A stretch of 40,982 bases of DNA. Origin: Octopus bimaculoides (Eukaryota). Shown one piece after another: positions 10,003-20,959 of this stretch. The position numbers and the translations under genes were made by a program. How positions within the stretch are numbered: the first letter of the stretch is position 1; every line of letters begins with the position of its first letter. The notes beneath the pieces were generated by a model. That model worked only from the letters and a program-made list of their open reading frames with translations, was not told the origin of the DNA and ran no database searches. The stretch lies in contig NC_068983.1 in assembly GCF_001194135.2 (NCBI RefSeq), positions 64,794,213-64,835,194 on the forward strand, read 5' to 3'.

Positions 10003-10593
10003 TGTATACTGTTTAAATTAGTCGGACTTATGTTCTCATTTTGTCTGTTGCTTTCCGCTCTTGTATGCTTTAACCTTCCTTGAGGTGACTTGCGAATCAC
10101 ATAATATCTTAACTTGAACTCAGAACCTCTAGGCGACTTCACTGCATTAACCAACGTCTTCATCCACTACGCTATTTCTTTATTTCTGATAGAGCGAATT
10201 ATTAAGGTTTATAAAGCTCCATTGATGTCCTATGTCGCCTCCGTACTGATTGGATAATACAATTCTAAATTTCTGAAATGCGGAATTTATACATTGTACA
10301 CTGTTTATATTTGTCGGATTGATATCCTCATCTTGGTTGTTGCTTCCATTACGTTTCGATTGTTATACGCTCCAGCCCTCTTTAGGTGTCTAGTGACTCA
10401 CTTCAATACCTTGCCAAGGATTGAACTCAGAACCTCTACGTGACTAAACTAAGACGAGTGACAAGACACCTGAAGAATGCTGGAGCGTACAACAGCCGAA
10501 AGATAGAGAAAGTAACAATCAGGATAATGAGAATAGTCCGACTAATGTGAACTGTACATAATATAAATTCCTCATCTCAGAAATATAGAATTG
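10003..10593. mobile_element. Tandem + inverted repeat of a tRNA-head / hammerhead-like unit
   Basis: Three homologous ~90-130 bp tails: minus 10003-10090, minus 10260-10390, plus 10465-10593. Each minus copy is preceded by AGTC(G/A)C(C/G)TAGAGGTTCTGAGTTCAA. An A box TAGCGTAGTGG lies at 10164-10174 (-) and a B box GAGTTCAATCC at 10418-10428 (-). Confidence 0.75.
10465..10510 (+). ncRNA. Degenerate minimal type I hammerhead ribozyme motif (PLE-type)
   Basis: GACAC-CTGAAGA-A-TGCTG..CAGCC-GAAA. The inverted copy supplies GGCTG and GAAACGT-A. Each copy has core or stem mutations, so all are probably inactive. Confidence 0.5.
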
Positions 10594-13133
10594 TTTCAAC
10601 TGCTAAATCGTTGTGATTTCTTATATTTATTGTTGGATACTGGAAATTATATGAAATCGCATAACTGTTTTCACAATTAATCTAAAGTTGTATTTTGGTT
10701 GACGCGGTGCATTGGCAAGTAGTTAAAATATTGGATTCATGGTTACAAGGCTGTAAACATCGATTATCTGACCGTATTGTATCCCTGAGGAAAACATTTT
10801 CCTTTCACTTTATATCCATTCAAAGAATTGAAACTGAGTACCAATAGCATCGCGCGACAGATAGTGTTTATTGTTATGTAGATTAGGTTCGCTACGCTAT
10901 TTCTTGTGTCTACAATATATTATATTTGGGATAGCAAGAGACATATTGATGTAATGCGATAAACAGTCTCAGAAAATACTCATCATATGTGATATTTATT
11001 TTATTTCAATAATATCCAATACTGCGAACATTTTGTTATATCGCGAATATTGAATGTTGATCCACATTTGATCTAAGTTTATACGTTATACGTACACATC
11101 AAAGATATTTTGGTCTATGAAACATCCAGATAGTTATTAAAAATGGATTCTTAAAGGGATTCCATCCAAAATGTCCACTACGGTCTTTCGATTCATATGT
11201 CATCGTATCTATGATAAAATTATCTTTTTGTTTGGTAAAAAGTTTCCTGAAGCAACTGTTATCGATTCTGTGTATTTATTTCAAATTGGAGTAAATAAAA
11301 AAAATATAAGACACATGTGAGCACCTCTTGCAACGTGGTAATACTGTGGGCCACAAAAAATAACTGTCTGTTATTCAGTAGTTTATTACTACACTCTTTC
11401 CTATGTATGTACAGTTGATGGTTGACGAACATGTACAGTGAATTACTTCTAATATTTGAATTAAACTATAGCGTTTAATTCGGTCATGATTCATTACAGT
11501 TCCTCAGAGATAATGAGAGGATCAGTATGTGAACGCCTTAACTGTTAGAACTGGGAAACGCATTTATCGTCAAATCACGCATAGCTGTCTTAGAAAATTG
11601 GCAGACATGTTTAATATACTCAGTAAATGGTTAGGTAGAAAACTTAGACTACATTTTGAAATGCGTTTGACAATATGTTACTTAATGTGGTATTAACTGA
11701 GGCTTCAAAACAATAAGAACCACACAATCGTATATCTTGCTCTGCAAATATTCTGACGATACTGATCCGTCTCATTCTTTGCTGTTTTTTTTAAACTTCG
11801 TCAAGGTATCCAGTTTATTTTCCCGCTCAGACATCATTCACACACGCAATTTTGCATTGTAATGTGGTAAGATAACTGTAAAGTGTTATACTCCATCTGC
11901 GATATTTTTATACCTTGAGTCTTACCAAACATGGATACTTAAGTATAATGTAAAATTACTTATGCTAGAGACCATGTGTGGCAAGCAATTTTATGACGTT
12001 AATAAAGAGGTATTGATGAATAAGCGAGTTTTCCTTTTCCCTATGCACTATCTTAAACTCACGGGTTTTTATCAGACAAATGTTAGCCGCTTGAATTGTC
12101 AATTATTAATAACGGTCGATTGGCATAATCATTAGAAATTCAATACAAATATGTTCTGGTATGCCTTTGGCTATGAGTTCATGTCCTACCAAGGTAACTT
12201 TAACTTTCAACCATTTATGAGTGATTAATTATAGCAGATGTGATTGCTATAATCGGTCCTTCGGTTACACATATATAAAGAACTTTTACATATCAAAAAG
12301 TCTATAATATTAATAGATATCGTTATTCATGTTACTGTGGCAGTTTCCATTGCTATCAATGTTATTTTTATTGCTTTGCTGTTACGAAGATGCAAATACA
12401 GCTACTGCACTGTAGAAATTAGGCAGACGTATATATAACATATTATCTTCGTCATCACAGAAAAAAATTCAGAGTTTTTCCACACAATGTTTTTAAGAAT
12501 GACACAATGGAATAAAATGACTATTAGCTTTCATTCTCCCATTAACGAAGACAACTGAATATCACATACTCTTGAAATGAAATTAAAACAAGATTGTATA
12601 CCGGGCGTTGGTTGATGGTGTGGTTAACTGTTTCAGAAATATTTTAAGTGAAACCAGTTCATATTAGAAGGTATGTATTAACTTTCGTTCTTTGTTATGT
12701 ATTACACGGCGAGTAAAATATTCTGAAGCGATAAATATGTAAAATAATTAACAATAATTAACATTCGTATCTTGTATATTTGATTAAAACAAATAACTTA
12801 TAATACTTTGGAGAATCGTCATTGAATGAAGAAAACTTTGAGCAAACGGGTGATGATTCATATCTTAACAGGAAACTATTATGTTTGGTGGAATAATATA
12901 TTAATAAAGGGAATAAATATTTTCCCTATAGCATCAGTAGCATCAGACGCTATTAGCGATACTATCCTTTGCCAGTAGAGGGATTAATGGATCTGTATTT
13001 AATTTTGTGGATCAAAATTTGGCGTTAGGTCATTGGCAGCAGGATGGTAACAATCTCAGTCAGTGATTGCGGACATGCTAAATGTTCGGTAGTGCTACCG
13101 ACGGTGGTTAAACACTTTGCAGAAGTCTGAATC

Positions 13134-13237
13134 TATGTATGTATGTATGTATGTATGTATGTATGTATGTATGTATGTATGTATGTACGTACGTATGTAT
13201 GTATGTATGTATCTATCTATCTATCTATCTATCTATT
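13134..13237. repeat. (TATG)n + (TATC)n compound microsatellite
   Basis: Direct runs. Confidence 0.95.
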
Positions 13238-14034
13238 TATCTTTTTTCTTTCTTTTTCTGTTCCCTATTTGTATTGTATCTATGCATGTATGTGGTTGTG
13301 CGTACATTTACATAATACTAATGTATGTATACAAATATATATATGTATATAAGTTTCAGGGATCAATGTGATCTAGGCGTGTAGTCTATATTGCGCTCTG
13401 ATCTACGGAAATGTATTAGGTAGTGGGACATAACGGCGCTTGAAAAATATTGGATTGAAATAAAAGAGATACAAAGTGACGGAAAAAAATAGAACCCGAA
13501 CAGTAAATTCCTAAGTTTCATTTGCAAGTGAGAAATATCACTATTCAAGTGAATTGCATAACCGTTTCCCTAAAGGGGCACTTGAATGAACTTTTCTTGA
13601 CCATGTTTTATAGTTAAGATAATTACACAATACTCTATGCTTTTGTTACGTTTTCCATATTCATAGTAACTTTCATTTGCATAATTTTCTGAATAAGTAG
13701 TGAGTGTTGAGAAACTGTATTTGTGTCTCTCATCACCTCACCACACATTACTTATCTTGGCGGTAAATTACTTTTGAAAGTTGACAGTGTAAATGTTACT
13801 ACTTTCCTACGGTAGTAATCGCAAATTATATATATCATACCACAAAAGGAACATTTGGGAATTCAGCTATATTCATATGATTGTTCAGCAATTTCTTGCT
13901 TCGTAAAGTCTTGACGCGCATAACTGAATCGTTGTTAACAATATAAATTTCAGTATTTCTACTGAGGTTTATTTCGACAGTCATAAAATCAGCTATGCTG
14001 CCCTAATGCATCTGTTTTAGGTATCAAACTACGG

Positions 14035-14383
14035 TGATGGTTGGGTACCGCCTCGAAGGGGTTTAGTCGAAACAGTATTTACTTTGCCGACCTCAGTACT
14101 TTTATTGTTGAATCTAGTACTAATTTATCGGTTTCTGTTACCGAACGGTTAGGTTAGCGGAACGTAAGCAAACTTACACAGGTTGTCAAGACCATCGCAT
14201 TAATACATACATATGTATGTTTGTGTACGTATAAGACGGGCTTATGTCAATTTCCAGCCTACCAAATCCATTTACAAGGCTTTGGTTAGCCCGAGCTTAT
14301 AGAAGAAGTCACTTTCCCAGGCGTCACTGTAGTGGTACTGAACCAAATATCATGTGGTTGGGAAGCAAGCTTCTTACCACACC
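14035..14383 (-). mobile_element. SINE family A, near full length, diverged
   Basis: Head GTGTGGTAAGAAGCTTGCTTCCCAACCACATG..GGTTCAGTACC, body, short internal TATG tract and tail are collinear with the 35.05-35.99 kb copy. Confidence 0.8.
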
Positions 14384-14929
14384 TATAGGTGTGTACTAGT
14401 ACACCCCCAACACACACACAAACGCATACATACACACAACACACAGAGAGACACACACAAACATACAAACACACACATACAAAAACACACACATACAGAT
14501 AAATATGTACCTACAACTGAAGGTCTTTGGGAGGGAGAACTGGAATGACACATCAAATTGAAGTGTAAAAGGAATTCAAATGCGATGTGACAGGGCTCTG
14601 CGAAACATGTCAAAAGAAAGAAATGTATAGATGTACGGTATCGTGAGAGTGAGAGAAACAGAAGGTGCGAGAGCAACATATTGTCTTGAATGCATTATAA
14701 TCAAAGAATGGGCATCGAAATTTATTTCTTGCCAGTTGCCTTCATCACGAATCGAAGTTCTATACATTTGTTTCGCAAGAAATTCTGCATTGAACGTCAT
14801 CCAAACCAATGACCCTACGAAAGCAAGCGAAGCGATGAAGTGGAAGTATTCTACCAAGCGCCAACTCACAAATCCACTTACACCATAGTGATGGAAATTC
14901 ACATAGCAAAAGTTGGAAAATGACGACGT

Positions 14930-15230
14930 GGAGGGAAACCTTTTGGCAAATTTGGATCGAGAATGAGAATTGATAGAGAACGTTTAGTTTCCATGGCAGA
15001 AAGAACGAAACATTACATTGGGAACAGCCTATACTGGAAGCAACCTGGAAAGAGACGGATCGTCCAAAACCTTCAACACAAGATTGCATTCTAGTCGGTA
15101 AACGGCGCATACTGTAGGACATCTCAATAGTTGTGCCTTTCAACACACGCTGTGATCATTGCTTTCTACTGGCAAAGATCGAATCAGTGTAATTAAAAAA
15201 GACAATGGCTCTGCACGTCCCAATGTAGAA
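14930..15230 (+). mobile_element. Possible RTE-type LINE 3' remnant
   Basis: LYWKQPGKR..RPK across a frameshift (cf. AL.W.P.GKR.RGRPK.TW), with a downstream AKDR/ALC-like stretch. Very decayed. Confidence 0.35.
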
Positions 15231-16257
15231 TCAATACATAAAGTTATTTGATGTGAAACAGTTGAAGGAAAATATCCAGAAAGACATTTAGAGTCACCTT
15301 GAAGTGCTGGATGAAGACTACAATTTACTGCTACAGAAAATGAAAAGGAATATATGGAAAGCAAAGAACACAAACCAACAAGATCCTACCAAAAAATGAT
15401 TTAGTTAAACAATTTCGGTCAAGATCGAAACGGATGGTGCAATCAAGACAAAATTGGAAGTGCATTGTGACTAGCGGTGTATATGTTCATTTGTAGGTTT
15501 GGTCGATACTCCGATTTATTCAGTTCGTGGGCGGCCCAGGGTCGATTGGATTTCTCTCCATTGCAATGGTGTGGTTTGATCGACATGCAGGATACGTAGG
15601 CCTGTTTCTTTGTATTGTCTTAGCCGTCAAGAAGAAACCATCTTCTTCGCCAGTCGGGCAGGCTATTTATTTCCTCATCAATTTTTCTAGCTTCCAACCT
15701 CTAGTGAATAGACTCCATGTTCACTTGTATGAGGCAGTTGTCCGGTACATTTGTAACTTGGCTGAACCTACCAAGGCATACACCCCGCTACCATAACTAC
15801 CGAAAAACCATTGCCACTGTTGCACCACTATGAGGTACTGGAATATGTATGCATACCAAAACAGATATACACACATACACACAGAGAGAGGAGAGAGTGA
15901 GACAGTGAGAGGGAGAGAGAGAGAGAAAGAGAGAGATTAGCGTAAAGCAACTTTTCTGAGAACTTTTCAATTCTCCATTTCACATGTGGAATAAAATCTT
16001 ATTCTGATAAAAATTTCAAAATAAATATGATGACTAGAGAAAGCAGTGGTAAGGAAGTAATTTTGTATCATGCATTGGGCGGACAGAGAGACATGAGAGA
16101 GATGTTGTACATTGATCTCTACACATGAATGCCTCTGCACTTTCATATGATGTTTCTGAAAACAAATACACATGCAAACATACTTTCATCCAAACATAAT
16201 ACTTATATACATACAAGTTTGATTTTAAGCTTCAAGAGGTTAAATCAAAGTGTTCTA

Positions 16258-16358
16258 GATAATAATAATAATAATGATAATAATAATAATGATGATAATA
16301 ATAATAATAATAATCTTGGATCCAACTTGTACAAATGCAAAACAAAAGTCAAACATAA

Positions 16359-16396
<38 letters not shown>

Positions 16397-16402
16397 TAAT
16401 AA
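16258..16402. repeat. (AAT)n microsatellites
   Basis: Two runs (about 16258-16315 and 16358-16402) ending at the N gap 16403-16578. Confidence 0.95.
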
Positions 16403-16699
16403 NNNNNNNNNNNNNNNNNNNNNNNNNNNNNNNNNNNNNNNNNNNNNNNNNNNNNNNNNNNNNNNNNNNNNNNNNNNNNNNNNNNNNNNNNNNNNNNNNN
16501 NNNNNNNNNNNNNNNNNNNNNNNNNNNNNNNNNNNNNNNNNNNNNNNNNNNNNNNNNNNNNNNNNNNNNNNNNNNNNNTGAGAAGGAGTGAGTATCAGTT
16601 TATTTCTTCATTTTCCTTAAATAAGAAAACATATCCCAAACATCTTTCTTTAACATTATCATAAGCATCATTTCTGAAGCTACAAACTCATTTTCAATA

Positions 16700-19600
16700 A
16701 AAAAAGAAAAATGAATATAAAAAGTCCCTCATCAAAGACTTGAAACTAACACAGTAATGCTTAATTCTATTTCTCAAGTAAAAAACAAAATGTGGTTAAT
16801 AATAAAATCAAATAAACTATCTAATCTGTAAAAAGAAAAGGAGGTCACATTAATAATGGTTGGTATGATCTTCACCAAAATTCGTTGGACAATCAATCAT
16901 ATAATGACCCTGCAACTGATCTAAACTTTGAACTTTACTGTAGATCGATAAAGCAAATCAAATAGAAATATTGGAAAATAAGATGTGCTTATCATCTTAT
17001 CAAACATTTCACTGAAAAACGATGAAGAAATGTGCTTTCTTATTGAAATAGCTGAAAACATACATTTAAAATTTTTAACAGCTGTATATCATACCACACA
17101 CACACACATACACACACACACGTCTGTGTGTGTATGTGTGTGCGTGAAAGAGAGAGAGAGAAGCCGGGAGAATGAGAAAGAAAGAAGAGGGTGCGATAGA
17201 GAGATGAGCCGAGTGATTCTAAGTTGCTTTGAAAAAGTGTATGGAGCTGTTCGATGAAATGAATTACCTTGTCCATGAATTATCGTGGAGCTGCAAAGAA
17301 ATTCCTCAGGCAAGTGCATTTAATTTATCTCCTGCAAAACTATGTGAAAGTGTGTGAAAAGTGTGTGCATTTCAATTACAGGTGCAATTAATTCAAAGAA
17401 ATCGAATAATGTTACGATTACAAATATGAGCCAGTCCAAAGAGAGAGAAAATGGAATTTTCTTGAGGACATGGAATGCATTCGAGCCAGAATCCAAACAG
17501 TTGCAAAGCAAATTTCTTAATCATACCGCCTTGTAACTAACCCACTTTTACTTAATTAAGCGTTAATATTCGCAATGAAAAACTTAAACTTATCTAAAGA
17601 AGTAGATATTATACAAGCTGCTGGAAAAAGCATAACTGAGATTGAATGGAAATATTGGGTAAGTAGAGATAGACCTGATCAGTTTCACATTACTATGGGT
17701 TCCAACAATTCAGCTGAAGTAACTGAGCTTCTGAGAATTTACATTTCAAAATGTGCTAACAGCAATTTTTTGGAAATGGTCGGCGGACGATTATACAGGG
17801 AGGATGTTCATTTTCCTATATATAAATTTAGTAATGTAAATCTAGATAGATCCCGGACAAACACGGTCTAAATCTCTCTATTTCCATTGAATATGAACCA
17901 AGTAAAGTTAATTTTCCAGATGTCAATTTGGATTGGAAAATGGGCCTATATCAAATATACTATAAGCCTAATGAACGCCTTAACTACCCAAGTAAAAATT
18001 TAAACCATCTTAAAATATATTACTGATTCCATCGTTAAATTTATTTCAATTCATAACCGTGGTCTGATCTATAGCTATCCGGAATGTTGCCATAATAACG
18101 AAGCTATAGTACGGTGAGTAAAGCTGCTTGGAACAGATTGACCGGTAACTCTGCAGTACACACACACACTAAATTTCATCGTTATAGTTCACTTCCGCTG
18201 TTTACTGGAGTGCTTGGAAAGAACGTGTGCAGCATGTAATCCTCGCATTGACCGTGACAGAAAATCTACATCAAGTTTTGCCAAAAGCGTGCCAAGACCT
18301 GCTCAAAACATTTTCATCTTTCTTGACACAATCAAGGAGAACTTGTGCAACTGAAACCCGGGTGTCTTTTTGTTCAGTTAAAAGCTGTTTTGGTACAAAC
18401 TTGGTAAAGACGTGTCTCAAACCGAAATTTTCAATGATAATGAACTGAACTGAACCGTAACTAATCTGTAGATCCTCTGATTACTCATGGATCGTGATTC
18501 GACAATATTCCCTCACAGCTGCACGCATATCTGTGAGTTTTTTCTTAGTGCTGCTGATTTCGAGTCTCCCTGAACGTTCGTCAATATCGACATTTTTTCG
18601 GCAATCTTTGAAACGTCTGAACCACTCGTACACTTGTATGTGGCTCATACACCTCTTTCCATACACTTTCTGCGATTTTGCCTATGCCTCTGAGCAGGTA
18701 TCGCCCTGAAAACTTTGTCTGTCGCGGTCAATGCGACGATCAGACGCTACACACCTTCATTCGAAATACTATTATAAATAGCGGAAGAGATCTAGAACGT
18801 TAAATCTTAGTGTGTATGCACAGTAGTGTTCAAGGTCAACCTAAGCCAAACGGCTTCACTTTGCGTGCTTTAGCTTCGTTACTATGGGAACATTCGGGAT
18901 ACTTGTTAATCAGACCTCGTATCAAGGCTATTTGCTAACAAGGAAATATTCATGAATAATGAAAATGATTACAATAATTCCCTTGGTAAACTTGATATCA
19001 GGATAATATATTCCATATCTCTGAAAAAAATTAAAGAACGTATGAATAAGGTTAATATAATGAATCAAGTCGATATAAGCATTAAGAAGTGAACATATAA
19101 CAAAAAAATAAACAACTTGAAGAATGTTACTGAGATTTCCAGTCATCATGCCGAGCATCACTTTAATGCGATAATTCGTAATTATAAATAAACCCCATAA
19201 GAAGCATAGTAATATATTAAAAAATAATCATAGAGTAAATATAAGAACGACGTTAACAAAAGCACTGACCATCCCACTAAATGAAAAGCTAGATATAGTC
19301 ATATATTATATTATAACGCAGTCTTCAGGACTCGGGTAGTCACAAATATACCCATACAATTTTCTGCAGGAAAGATGCTGTCAGGTTTTCAACCGACACA
19401 CTATTAGATTTATCTATTCGATAAATAGGAACCGAAAACAAATCCTGCAGCACTCAATATTAAGGGAATTAGTGAATTCACTATAAGGCACATAGTAAAC
19501 ACAAATAGTGAAACTAATACGAATGGTGATAATATGACACGTAATAATAAATTCACAGCAAGGAAGGCACAATACGAATAATTCTAGCAAGATAATAATC

Positions 19601-19945
19601 ATCTGTTTGCATAACGGTAGTAGTGGAAACAGTAGCGAACCAACGGAGGATAGTATAAGGGAGGTAACTGAGCCAAAAACATATGTGAATTAAATAAACC
19701 GAGTAAGGAATCTAGTAACACACCTAATTTTATCTATAGCGAAAGCAATAATATCCTTAGAGTGGTCCGCAATGCTATAGTCGGAATACATATTCCTTCC
19801 AGTAGTAAGTATAAGATAAATGCTAATAAAGATTCTTGGAATTATAAGAACGATTTTCACTTGAAATGCAATGCCTCAGAAAAGAGACCTATTTTATAGA
19901 TATGCAGTAACAGTTGACCGCCTTTCTAATTATTAAATAGGATCC
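16700..19945 (+). mobile_element. Penelope-like element (RT + GIY-YIG region) relic, interrupted by insertions
   Basis: Core match 17560-18057: ALIFA...DIIQAAGKS...PDQFHITMGSNNSAEVTELL..GGRLYREDV (cf. FDITMGS.D.AE..DL..GGLYRDDG), then VNFPDVNLD...YYKPNE. It resumes after the mariner with SRLFANKEIF..YNNSL, FNRHTIRFIYS, and KCNASEK..LLNR. The upstream CRSIK..IGK motif near 16940 is weaker. Confidence 0.75.
18058..18919 (-). mobile_element. Non-autonomous mariner with ~230-bp inverted arms and an N-terminal transposase remnant
   Basis: TIRs CG(T/A)GGTCTGAT..TATCC.GAATGTT.CCATA.TAACGAAGCT at both ends, with TA at 18920-18921. The minus strand encodes YGKRCMSHIQVYEWFRRFKDCRKNVDIDERSGR..ITIHE and FTKFVPKQL (mariner HTH and W/FVP linker). 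No DDD catalytic domain. Confidence 0.88.
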
Positions 19946-20959
19946 TTTTCTACTGCCTTTAAACAAAGATTTTGCAACTAGGTTTGTTAATTAAGAAATA
20001 GGGAAAGACTAAATGTACACGTTTGAGTGGGATCATCTGAATTGAAAGAATACGGACACTGAAAATGATGTTAGGTAGGCAATTATTTATTGAGCTTCAC
20101 CGTATTCTATTGGGAATTTCAAATGTGATTTCTGTATGGAAGAAATATTCCTTATTTTACCTCTTATTGCAGTTTATTAAATCGTCGAAACGATTAACAG
20201 CAAAATGCACGCATTCCATAAAAAAAAAGATATGTAAGAATTGTCCACTTAGCTAAAAGGTCACATGAGTTAACGTAGTCTAATAATGGCAAATTTACTT
20301 TAGTTAGATTTTAACAAATCTGCACTAAACCTCGGAATTATATGTTTTTTTTTTTTGTGAATTTTGATAGAATACGGTTAGAATTCTTCTTTCATTTAAA
20401 TACTTGATTTCTATTATCAAAATAAAAGTATGAAATTTATTACAATGTACTGGCCCAATTATCGAAATTGAAACGATATCTATTTCCTTTTTATTTCTAC
20501 TCCTTTTAAATCTTGCCTTTATCTTTTATTGTATTGTATTGTCCTCATTATGTGTAGTTAGTGGTGTAAATGCATCCTCGCCTACTTGACGTTCTTTTCT
20601 ACAAATCAGAAAGTCATTTTAAGTTNNNNNNNNNNNNNNNNNNNNNNNNNNNNNNNNNNNNNNNNNNNNNNNNNNNNNNNNNNNNNNNNNNNNNNNNNNN
20701 NNNNNNNNNNNNNNNNNNNNNNNNNNNNNNNNNNNNNNNNNNNNNNNNNNNNNNNNNNNNNNNNNNNNNNNNNNNNNNNNNNNNNNNNNNNNNNNNNNNN
20801 NNNNNNNNNNNNNNNNNNNNNNNNNNNNNNNNNNNNNNNNNNNNNNNNNNNNNNNNNNNNNNNTATATATGAATATGTATATCTACATGCGCATGAGTGT
20901 GTGTGCATGTGTGTAACTGTACATAATTGTGCATATGTGTAATTGAAAACGTATGTTTT

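Noticed and set aside
10110-10175. Functional tRNA gene (also the heads at 33230-33270 and 35930-35990)
   Set aside because: A and B boxes are present but there is no cloverleaf or anticodon arm; these are SINE-type heads.
15300-15840. GC-richer block with an 89-aa ORF
   Set aside because: Probably a decayed repeat, but no motif could be assigned on either strand.
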